This document shows positions 19,653 through 27,545 of a stretch of 64,000 bases of DNA, piece after piece; the stretch's first letter is position 1; every line of letters begins with the position of its first letter. Below the pieces are notes generated by a model. The model was not told the DNA's origin and ran no database searches. It saw nothing but the letters and a program-made list of their open reading frames with translations. Origin of the DNA: an uncultured Acidobacteriota bacterium. Its GTDB lineage: Bacteria; Acidobacteriota; Terriglobia; Acidiferrales; UBA7541. A program made the translations under genes and the position numbers. Where the stretch lies: NCBI GenBank assembly GCA_963780935.1, contig CAWAEM010000004.1:816402-880401 (forward strand), written 5' to 3'.

Positions 19653-20861
19653 TTATTTCTGCAACCCGCTGGCGTAATACCCTTCGCGCGCCGTCACGTT
19701 CAGTCCCTCGCGTTCCACGCGCACCTCGATCGTGTGATAATCCGCAGTGCGGTCCGTTCGCTCCGGTGTGTAGTACAGCGTGTATTCATGCCGCGCTTCT
19801 TCCGCAATCCGTGAATACAGTTCTTCCATCGTGCCGCGCTTTAGCGCGTAATAAATATCTCCCCCGGTAGCGTGCGTGTACTCCACGAGCCGATTGAACT
19901 TCCGGTCAAAATAGGCGCTGCCCACAGCCACGCTGAATACCGAAATATTGTTGCGCAGAAGTTCTTTCACCACGTTCGCGTAAGGATTGGTATTGAACTT
20001 AGCCCCATTTTGTCCATCGGAAATCAACAGAATGATCTTGCGCCGATCGCGGCCGCGGTCTTCGAGCAACTGCGCGGCGGCATACACCGCGTCGTCCAAA
20101 GTTTTCGTATGTTGCTCATGGATGACGCGCGTCGAAGGATATTGATCGGGCTGATTCACCCCCGGCGCTGCCTGCCCATTGATCGTCGGCCCATTAAAAG
20201 GTCCGCCCGGCGGTGCCGTCGTCGGACGGCTCTCATCAATAGGCGTGCGCTGCAATTCCGTCAATAACCTGTCCTGATTGGCCGTAAAACCTTTGCCCTC
20301 GTGAAAAAATTGATCGAAGCGGCATATGGAAGCTTCATCCGCGGTGCTCATCGCGGCCACTACTGCCTTGATGCTCGCTTCCACGTGCTCGGCGTCCTTG
20401 GCTTTCAAGTCGTTGTCAATCAGCACCACCATGGAAAGCGGAAAAGCGTCCGCGCTAAACGAGCTGATTCTCTGTTCTATGTTGTCTTCAAATACGCGAA
20501 ATTCTTCTCTGCGCAAATCCGGGATCAGCCGCCCATTGCCGTCTTTCACCGTCACCGGAACAACCACCAAACTGGAGGGCACAACGATGCGGGCTGCGGG
20601 TTTTTGCCGCTGCGGCGCCGTCGCCGGACTCGGCGAAGCGGGTGCTTGCGACCCTGAAGTCTGTGGCGTCGCCGGTGATCCGCCGGCGGTTGCGCTGCCG
20701 GGAACGGTCGATGGTCCGCCTTCCGCGCCATCAGGGCGCGGCGTGCTCGGTGGATTCGCCGGGGGCATCTGCCCAGTCACCTGCGTCGCGAACACCCCTC
20801 CCAGCGCGTTTACCGCAAATAGCGTCCCGGCCAGCAGCCTCGTTTTTCGTAGACTTTTCAT
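19653..20861 (-). CDS. Exported VWA-domain protein, acidobacterial type (paralog 1)
   Basis: Signal peptide, Pro/Ser/Thr-rich linker, VVVPVTVKDGNG, LISDGQN, EEARHEYTLYY...GYY C-terminus; MIDAS degenerate (DNDLK). Confidence 0.85.
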   Translation of the reverse strand: MKSLRKTRLLAGTLFAVNALGGVFATQVTGQMPPANPPSTPRPDGAEGGPSTVPGSATAGGSPATPQTSGSQAPASPSPATAPQRQKPAARIVVPSSLVVVPVTVKDGNGRLIPDLRREEFRVFEDNIEQRISSFSADAFPLSMVVLIDNDLKAKDAEHVEASIKAVVAAMSTADEASICRFDQFFHEGKGFTANQDRLLTELQRTPIDESRPTTAPPGGPFNGPTINGQAAPGVNQPDQYPSTRVIHEQHTKTLDDAVYAAAQLLEDRGRDRRKIILLISDGQNGAKFNTNPYANVVKELLRNNISVFSVAVGSAYFDRKFNRLVEYTHATGGDIYYALKRGTMEELYSRIAEEARHEYTLYYTPERTDRTADYHTIEVRVEREGLNVTAREGYYASGLQK

Positions 20862-21004
20862 AGCCCTCGGAGTAACACTTCCTCTTGAACTTTAATCCGT
20901 GATTCCCAACACGCATCCATCGGCCACCTTCGCCGCATCTCATCGTGCCGTGCTGCCCAGCGACTGTTCAACAGTCGCCATATTTCTCGTCAAGGAAAGT
21001 ATAC

Positions 21005-21976
21005 ATGCCTTCCGCTAACAAACTTGTGATGCAATGTCTCGCCGCGGTCGTTGCCGCCTCGCTGGCCGTGCCGGCGGCACTGCCGCAGGAACCCCCTCAG
21101 GGCGGCGTCATCAAGTCCCAGGTCAACCTGGTGAACATCTTCGCGACCGTGCGCGACAAAAATAAAAAAATCGTCTCCGATCTCAAACAGGAAGATTTCT
21201 CGCTCACCGAAGACAATCAGCCTCAGAAAATCGCCTTTTTCTCCAAAGAATCCACCCTGCCCATCACCCTGGCCATGCTTCTCGACACTTCCGGCAGCGA
21301 ACAATATATGATTGGCAGTATTCAGGAAGCCGGCAGCCGCTTCCTCGATCGCGTGCTGCGCAAAGGCGACGAGGCTCTGGTCATGTCGTTCGACACGGAT
21401 GCCGATCTCTTGTCCGATTTCACCGATGACCGCGCGCTGCTCGACCGCGCCGTTCACCGCGCCCGCGTCAACGTACCCGGCGGCGGAATGATTGCTGGCA
21501 ATCCTGGACCGATCGGAAACCAGAACACTCCCGGCACGGTCCTGTACGACGCCATCTATCTGGCATGCAGCGAAAAATTGAACACCGAAGCCGGACGCAA
21601 AGCCATCATCATCGTCACCGACGCTCAGGACGAAGGCAGTCGCGTGCGCATCGAAGAGGCTGTTGAATCGGCGCAGCGCACCGACACCGTAATTCACATT
21701 CTCCTCGTCGCTGATCGTCATTTCGGAGGCGGCAACATGGGCGCCGCGAGGAAACTTAGCGATGAAACCGGAGGCCGCGTAATCGTCGTCTCGTCGGAGA
21801 AAAAACTTGCCGAAGCCTTTGATGAAATTTCCGAAGAATTGCGCAGCCAGTACACCCTCGGCTACTATCCGACCAACAACGAGCGCGATGGAAAATTTCG
21901 CAAGATCAAAGTGGAAACCGCCAACCACGACCTGAGAGTCCTGGCCCGCAAAGGCTATTACGCGCCAAAAGAGTAG
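21005..21976 (+). CDS. Exported VWA-domain protein, acidobacterial type (paralog 2)
   Basis: Signal peptide; LLDTSGS MIDAS; TDAQD; ELRSQYTLGYYP...ARKGYYA; start at ATG 21005 with AAGGA RBS. Confidence 0.88.
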   Translation: MPSANKLVMQCLAAVVAASLAVPAALPQEPPQGGVIKSQVNLVNIFATVRDKNKKIVSDLKQEDFSLTEDNQPQKIAFFSKESTLPITLAMLLDTSGSEQYMIGSIQEAGSRFLDRVLRKGDEALVMSFDTDADLLSDFTDDRALLDRAVHRARVNVPGGGMIAGNPGPIGNQNTPGTVLYDAIYLACSEKLNTEAGRKAIIIVTDAQDEGSRVRIEEAVESAQRTDTVIHILLVADRHFGGGNMGAARKLSDETGGRVIVVSSEKKLAEAFDEISEELRSQYTLGYYPTNNERDGKFRKIKVETANHDLRVLARKGYYAPKE

Positions 21977-22043
21977 CGCAGCGCCCGCGCCTCCGCATTG
22001 ACCGCCATTCGTTCAACGATTACCATCATCGTTCAGCGAAACC

Positions 22044-24791
22044 GTGATCAACCAAACCATTGCACACTACAAGATTCTCAGAAAACTCGGCGGTGGCGGC
22101 ATGGGCGTGGTCTATGAGGCCGCGGACAGCAAGCTCGGCCGCCACGTTGCTCTAAAATTCCTGCCGGAGGAAACCAAGCGCGACCCGCAAGCGCTCGAAC
22201 GCTTCCTCCGTGAAGCGCGCTCCGCATCCGCGCTGAATCATCCAGGCATTTGCACCATTTACTCCATCGAAGAAAACGAGGGCGTCACTTTCATCGCCAT
22301 GGAGTTGCTCGAAGGCCAATCCCTGGACAAATCTCTAGCGCTCGGCGAATGCCCAATTCCCCGCACCGTCGAAATCGGCATTCAACTCGCTGACGCTCTC
22401 GACGCCGCTCACAAAAAAAACATCGTTCACCGCGACATCAAGCCCGGGAATATTTTCATCACCGATCGCGGCACGGTTAAAATTCTCGACTTCGGCCTGG
22501 CCAAATTGATTTCGGATCGCGACGATTCCCTGCACGGCGAGACCTTGACGGATCCCGGCGTGCAACTCCTCACCAGCCCCGGCACCGCCGTCGGCACCAT
22601 CGCTTACATGTCGCCGGAACAAGCCCGCGGCCTCGAACTTGACGGCCGCACCGATCTTTTTTCTCTCGGCGCTGTTCTCTATCAAATGGTCACCGGCAAG
22701 CATCCGTTCCCCGGCTCAACCAGCGCGGTAGTCTTTGACAACATTCTTCACCGCGCTCCGGTCTCCCCCATTTCTGTCCGTCCCGGAGTGCCTCCAGAAC
22801 TCGAACGCATCCTGAATAAGGCGCTGGAGAAAGACGTCGACCTGCGCTACCAGGTCGCTGCTGAGTTACGCGCCGATTTGAAGCGCCTGCAGCGCGAACT
22901 TGAGCCGGGGAAAATCCCCTCCGGATCGTCGCAAATCGTGAGCGCCGCTCACGAATCCGCCAGTCAAGCCGCCGCGAGCGCTTCCCGCGCGAGCTCCCTT
23001 TCGTCTTCGTCACCGGCCGAGGCGACAGGAAGCTCGGCGCTCCTGCGTGCCGCCAGTCAGAACAAATTGGGCAGCGGCCTGATGCTTGCCATTGCCGCCG
23101 TGGTATTGCTTGCCGCGGCCTTCGGCGTGTATGCGCTGTTGCAGCGCACTCATCATCTGCCGTTTGAAAGAATCTCGATTGAAAACCTGACGAATAACGG
23201 CAAAGTTTCGCGCGCCGCGCTTTCTCCAGACGGCAAATACCTCTTGCATGTCCTGCTCGAAAACGGACAACAATCCTTGTGGCTCCGTCACATCCCCACC
23301 GGCAGCAACACACAAGTCGTCGCCCCCGCATCTACCAATTACAATGGCCTCACTTTCTCTCCCGACGGGAACTACATCTACTTCGTTCGCCGCGAGGAGG
23401 CCCAAGAGGAGATCGATTCGCTCTACAGCTCCCCGGTACTCGGGGGTACCCCGCGCCTCGTCCTGAACGATATTGATAGTCCCGCGGCGTTTTCCCCAGA
23501 CGGCCAAAAGTTTGCGTACTTGCACGTGCACGAAAGCTCCCTCGCCGTGGATCTTCGCGAGTCGCATAGCGACGGTACGCCGGACCATGCGATCTTCGAA
23601 CGCCGACCGCTGCGTATTGACAGTCACACGCTGGCGTGGTCCCCGGACGGAAAAACCATAGTCATCCCGGTCGTGCAGCCCACCGCCACCGATCTTTCCG
23701 GATACCTCACCGTCGACACCGCCACCGGTGATACCGGTCTCGTAGGAGCCGCCAAAGACAAACTTTTCTTCGAACCGTCCTGGTTCCCAGATGGAAAAAC
23801 CATTCTGACCAGCGTCGCTGCGAGCGACACCGGATTCCTGCGCCGCCAGATCGCCATGATTTCCTACCCCAGCGGGGAGTTTCATCCGCTGACCAACGAC
23901 ACCACTTTCTATTCGCACGCGGCACTCTCCGCAGACGGCAAAACCATTGTCGCCATCCAGTCCACCCCTCATTTCGATTTGCAAATTGCTTCCGCCTCGA
24001 TGCCCGGCGGGGTGAAAAACGTCAAGCTTTCGTCCAACGTGGGATATTGGGAATGGAATTGGACGGAAAACGGCCATATTCTACTGGCCCAGGGCCCCGA
24101 CATTCGCGAGGTTGATCCGAACGGCGGAGAGACAGTGATCTTTTCGGACGCCAAACACCCGTCGGATCGCGTCAACTCCTGCGGGAAATATCTCATTTTC
24201 CGCCCCATCGGACGAGCCGCCCCAACCGCCGTGAATCTGTGGCGTGCCGACGCCAACGGCGCCAACCAAAAACAACTTACCTTCGGGTCCAACCAGAACG
24301 AGCCGATATGTTCGCGTGACGGCAAATGGGTCTACTTCGTCGATCTTGGCGAAAAGGCGGGCGTTATCAAACGCGTGCCCATCGATGGCGGGCAGCCCGA
24401 AACGGTATTGGACAACGGAAGTTCCTTTTACTCATTCTCCCCCGATGACAAAACACTGCTGACTCTCGAAGTGCGGGATTCGGACCATAAAGTAATGCTT
24501 GCCCTTCGCACCATCGGCACCAACGAGAAGCGCGCCATCGAAGCTGATCCGCGCGCCCGCACGAACTATCAATTTTTGCCTGACGGGAAAGCCGTCGCCT
24601 ACGTCGTGCAAGAGCAAGGCGTCGACAATTTGTGGATTCAACCGCTGGACGGTGGCCCCCGGCGCCAACTCACTCATTTCACCAGCGAGCTGATCACCAC
24701 CTTCGCGTTCTCCCCGGACGGCTCCAAAATCGGATTTGTCCGCGGTCACGCGGACTCCGACGCGATTCTATTGCGCGACGATACCCGCTAA
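22044..24791 (+). CDS. Membrane-anchored Hanks-type Ser/Thr kinase with C-terminal TolB/PD40-like beta-propeller
   Basis: LGGGGMGVVY, VALKFL, HRDIKPGN, DFGLAK, GTIAYMSPEQ; one TM helix (GLMLAIAAVVLLAAAFGVYALL); many (F/W)SPDG repeats. Confidence 0.92.
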   Translation: MINQTIAHYKILRKLGGGGMGVVYEAADSKLGRHVALKFLPEETKRDPQALERFLREARSASALNHPGICTIYSIEENEGVTFIAMELLEGQSLDKSLALGECPIPRTVEIGIQLADALDAAHKKNIVHRDIKPGNIFITDRGTVKILDFGLAKLISDRDDSLHGETLTDPGVQLLTSPGTAVGTIAYMSPEQARGLELDGRTDLFSLGAVLYQMVTGKHPFPGSTSAVVFDNILHRAPVSPISVRPGVPPELERILNKALEKDVDLRYQVAAELRADLKRLQRELEPGKIPSGSSQIVSAAHESASQAAASASRASSLSSSSPAEATGSSALLRAASQNKLGSGLMLAIAAVVLLAAAFGVYALLQRTHHLPFERISIENLTNNGKVSRAALSPDGKYLLHVLLENGQQSLWLRHIPTGSNTQVVAPASTNYNGLTFSPDGNYIYFVRREEAQEEIDSLYSSPVLGGTPRLVLNDIDSPAAFSPDGQKFAYLHVHESSLAVDLRESHSDGTPDHAIFERRPLRIDSHTLAWSPDGKTIVIPVVQPTATDLSGYLTVDTATGDTGLVGAAKDKLFFEPSWFPDGKTILTSVAASDTGFLRRQIAMISYPSGEFHPLTNDTTFYSHAALSADGKTIVAIQSTPHFDLQIASASMPGGVKNVKLSSNVGYWEWNWTENGHILLAQGPDIREVDPNGGETVIFSDAKHPSDRVNSCGKYLIFRPIGRAAPTAVNLWRADANGANQKQLTFGSNQNEPICSRDGKWVYFVDLGEKAGVIKRVPIDGGQPETVLDNGSSFYSFSPDDKTLLTLEVRDSDHKVMLALRTIGTNEKRAIEADPRARTNYQFLPDGKAVAYVVQEQGVDNLWIQPLDGGPRRQLTHFTSELITTFAFSPDGSKIGFVRGHADSDAILLRDDTR

Positions 24792-24825
24792 ATTCGCGCA
24801 CCACCGAAATCCATTCTCCTGGAAG

Positions 24826-25920
24826 TTATGACGGCTTGTGTGTGCCACTGCCGCCGGATTTTGCCGGCGGCGCAGCCGAAGGTGCACTGGGACTAGACGC
24901 CGGATTGGGGCGCGCAAAGTAACCTTGCCGCGCGCGCACCTGATATCCCTTGTGTTCCGGCACCTCGATTCGAATCTTGTGATACTTGCCATCAAGAATC
25001 GAGTTCGTCGGCAAGTACGCCACGGAATACTGATTGCGCAGTTCGTCCCCAATATCCTGAAACGATTGGTCCAGGTCATCCACACGGTACGGGAAAAACG
25101 CGCGCCCGCCCGTTTGTTCCGCAAGGCTCTCCAGAATCTTGTCGCCTTCCGTCAAATGATATTTCAAGCTTCCGCCAGTGCTCGAATCCTTCTGCGTAGT
25201 AGAAACCCACTGCGTGTTCGTGCTGATGGTGTAAATCACCACGTCCGTCAGTTGCGCCATTTGAATCGCGTCCGCCCGTGTATGTGTCGATAGATTATCG
25301 TCCCCGTCGCTGATCAGAATCATCACGCGCCGCACCACATCCGGCTGGTCGCCCGGCGGCCGCGGCGGATGGCTCAGCGCCTTAAAGCACGCCTCGTAAA
25401 TCGCGTCATAAATAGCGGTGCCGCCGCCCGCGCGGGTGCTGACGATCTTATCGCGCAACTGGCCCGCGTCTCCCGTGAACGGCTGCACGATCTCCGGCTC
25501 GTCATCAAACGTCATCACAAAGGCTTCATCTTTGTTGCGCCGCAGCACGCTGAACAAAAAATTAACAGAAGCATCTTGTTCGAATTTTAGGCGATCGCGA
25601 ATGCTGTTTGAAGTATCCAGCAGCATTCCCACACGGAGCGGCAAATCCGTTTGTTTGCTGAAATATCGAATTTCCTGCGCGGCGTTGTCGTCGAAAATTT
25701 TAAAGTCCGGCTTATCGAGCTCCGGCACCAATTTGTTCCGCCGGTCCAGCACGGTAAACAGCACGTCCACCAGGTTGACCGACAATACAATCGGCTTGGA
25801 CCCATTATCGGGCTCCTGCGGTCTGGCGGGTACCGGCGGCGCTGGCTGTTGCGCCCGAATGGAACGCCCTGAGGTAAAGACGAATGAAATTGCCAAAAGG
25901 AAAATCGCTGCGCGGCGCAT
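24826..25920 (-). CDS. Exported VWA-domain protein, acidobacterial type (paralog 3)
   Basis: Signal peptide; LLDTSNS MIDAS; ISDGDDN; ELRNQYSVAYLP...ARQGYFA. Confidence 0.88.
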   Translation of the reverse strand: MRRAAIFLLAISFVFTSGRSIRAQQPAPPVPARPQEPDNGSKPIVLSVNLVDVLFTVLDRRNKLVPELDKPDFKIFDDNAAQEIRYFSKQTDLPLRVGMLLDTSNSIRDRLKFEQDASVNFLFSVLRRNKDEAFVMTFDDEPEIVQPFTGDAGQLRDKIVSTRAGGGTAIYDAIYEACFKALSHPPRPPGDQPDVVRRVMILISDGDDNLSTHTRADAIQMAQLTDVVIYTISTNTQWVSTTQKDSSTGGSLKYHLTEGDKILESLAEQTGGRAFFPYRVDDLDQSFQDIGDELRNQYSVAYLPTNSILDGKYHKIRIEVPEHKGYQVRARQGYFARPNPASSPSAPSAAPPAKSGGSGTHKPS

Positions 25921-25929
25921 GAGCCATGA

Positions 25930-26979
25930 TTATAGGTACGCAGCCAATGCAGCGTCAATGTGCGCATCATTTTCCCCGACTGCCGCGGAAAGCTTCCTTA
26001 GATATTCGCGCAGCTCTCCAGGAAGCGGAGCGCGAACTTCCACCCATTCTTGCGTGCGCGGCTGACGAAATTCCAGTTTCGCAGCGTGCAAGAAATTTCG
26101 CTCGAGCGCCGGCAAGATAGTTTTGCCAACACGCAATTGTCCGGCCGCGCCATACAAAGTGTCGCCCACCACCGGATGCTTCAGCGCCGCAAAATGCACC
26201 CGGATCTGGTGCGTGCGCCCAGTATGTAATTGCACTTCGAGCAACGTCGTTTCCGCAAGGCGCGCCAGCACACGCCAATCGGTCCGCGCCTCGCGTGCGT
26301 TCTGCAAAATCGCGCTGCGCCGCGTGGTCATTCGCGTGCGCCGCAATGGATCCCGGCTAATCGCCAGCTCAATGCGCCCGCGCTCCTCACCCAGCACGCC
26401 TTGTACCAGCGCCAAATAGGTTTTCTTTACGACTCGCTGCCGAAAATCTTCCGCCACCTTGGCGTGCGCGAAATCATTTTTCGCCACCACAATCGCGCCA
26501 GAAGTATCCTTATCCAGTCGATGCACGATCCCCGGCCGCAACAGATCCGCGGCCTGCGAAAGCCCCTGCCCGCGTCCGAGCAGCGCGTTCACCAGCGTCC
26601 CCGTGGGATTCCCCGCGCCCGCATGCACCGTCATTCCCGCAGCTTTATTGATGACAATCACATCCTCGTCTTCATACAGCACCTCCAGCGGAATCGCCTC
26701 CGCTTCTGCCGTCATCGGAGGCCGCGCCCGCTCCTCCACGCTGACGCGTTGCCCCTCGCGCACGCGGGACGAGCCCTTCGCCGCACGTCCATCCACCAAC
26801 ACCAGCGACGCTTCAATCAGTTCTTGCGCTCGCGTCCGGCTCAGCTCCTTACAGTGCCCCGCCACCACCCGATCCAGTCGCTCGCCCGCCTCTGCAGCTC
26901 CCACAACAAAAACAGAGGTCGCCTGGCCCGCCTCGGAAATCCCCGTTCCTTCTTTTGCCGTGCTTCGTCCCGCCATCAC
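25930..26979 (-). CDS. rluD: RluA/RluD-family rRNA pseudouridine synthase with S4 domain
   Basis: S4-like ERLDRVVA...SRTRAQELI; GIVHRLDKDTSG; LHTGRTHQIRVH. Confidence 0.88.
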   Translation of the reverse strand: MMAGRSTAKEGTGISEAGQATSVFVVGAAEAGERLDRVVAGHCKELSRTRAQELIEASLVLVDGRAAKGSSRVREGQRVSVEERARPPMTAEAEAIPLEVLYEDEDVIVINKAAGMTVHAGAGNPTGTLVNALLGRGQGLSQAADLLRPGIVHRLDKDTSGAIVVAKNDFAHAKVAEDFRQRVVKKTYLALVQGVLGEERGRIELAISRDPLRRTRMTTRRSAILQNAREARTDWRVLARLAETTLLEVQLHTGRTHQIRVHFAALKHPVVGDTLYGAAGQLRVGKTILPALERNFLHAAKLEFRQPRTQEWVEVRAPLPGELREYLRKLSAAVGENDAHIDAALAAYL

Positions 26980-27476
26980 GTACGTCCGCCATCGCCAGCT
27001 CGCGACCCAAACAGCACATCGATAATCAACAGCGCGGCCCCAATCGCGATCGCCGAATCCGCAACATTAAAGGCCGGCCACCGGTACGTCCCCAGCCACA
27101 CTTCAAAAAAATCCGTCACCGCGCCGTGCACGATGCGATCCGTGACGTTTCCCGTCGCCCCGCCGAGCAGCAGCGCAATTCCTGCCGCGTTCACGCCGCC
27201 GCCGCTGCGCCCCGCCACCAGCATCCACGCCAGAATCGCGATCACCGCCGCCGAACCCACGATCAACGCCACGCGCGTCCACGCCGACGCCGAATCCGCC
27301 ATGATTCCAAACGCAATTCCCGGATTTCTGCTGTGCACTAAATAAATAAAATTGTGCATCACTTCGCAGCGCCAGCCTTCCGGAGTCTGCGTCTCAAACC
27401 ACGCTTTCGTCGCACGATCCGCAAACACCACCGCCAGCGTCAGCCACAACCAACGCACCCGCGCCGGTACCTTCAC
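26976..27476 (-). CDS. lspA: Lipoprotein signal peptidase II
   Basis: DRATK, NPGIAFG, GGATGNVTDR, VTDF, WPAFNVADS; downstream of ileS. Confidence 0.95.
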   Translation of the reverse strand: MKVPARVRWLWLTLAVVFADRATKAWFETQTPEGWRCEVMHNFIYLVHSRNPGIAFGIMADSASAWTRVALIVGSAAVIAILAWMLVAGRSGGGVNAAGIALLLGGATGNVTDRIVHGAVTDFFEVWLGTYRWPAFNVADSAIAIGAALLIIDVLFGSRAGDGGRT

Positions 27477-27545
27477 GGGCTCTCCAGCCTTTCGGTCTTG
27501 GGCGTGCTCGCGCTTGCTGCCGTGCGCTGCGTGTCTCCGGACACG

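Noticed and set aside
26230-27345. Long plus-strand ORF opposite rluD-lspA; likewise 38958-40241, 45342-46700, 62550-63776 and many others
   Set aside because: Shadow ORFs antisense to well-supported genes in GC-rich DNA; Arg/His-rich with no motifs
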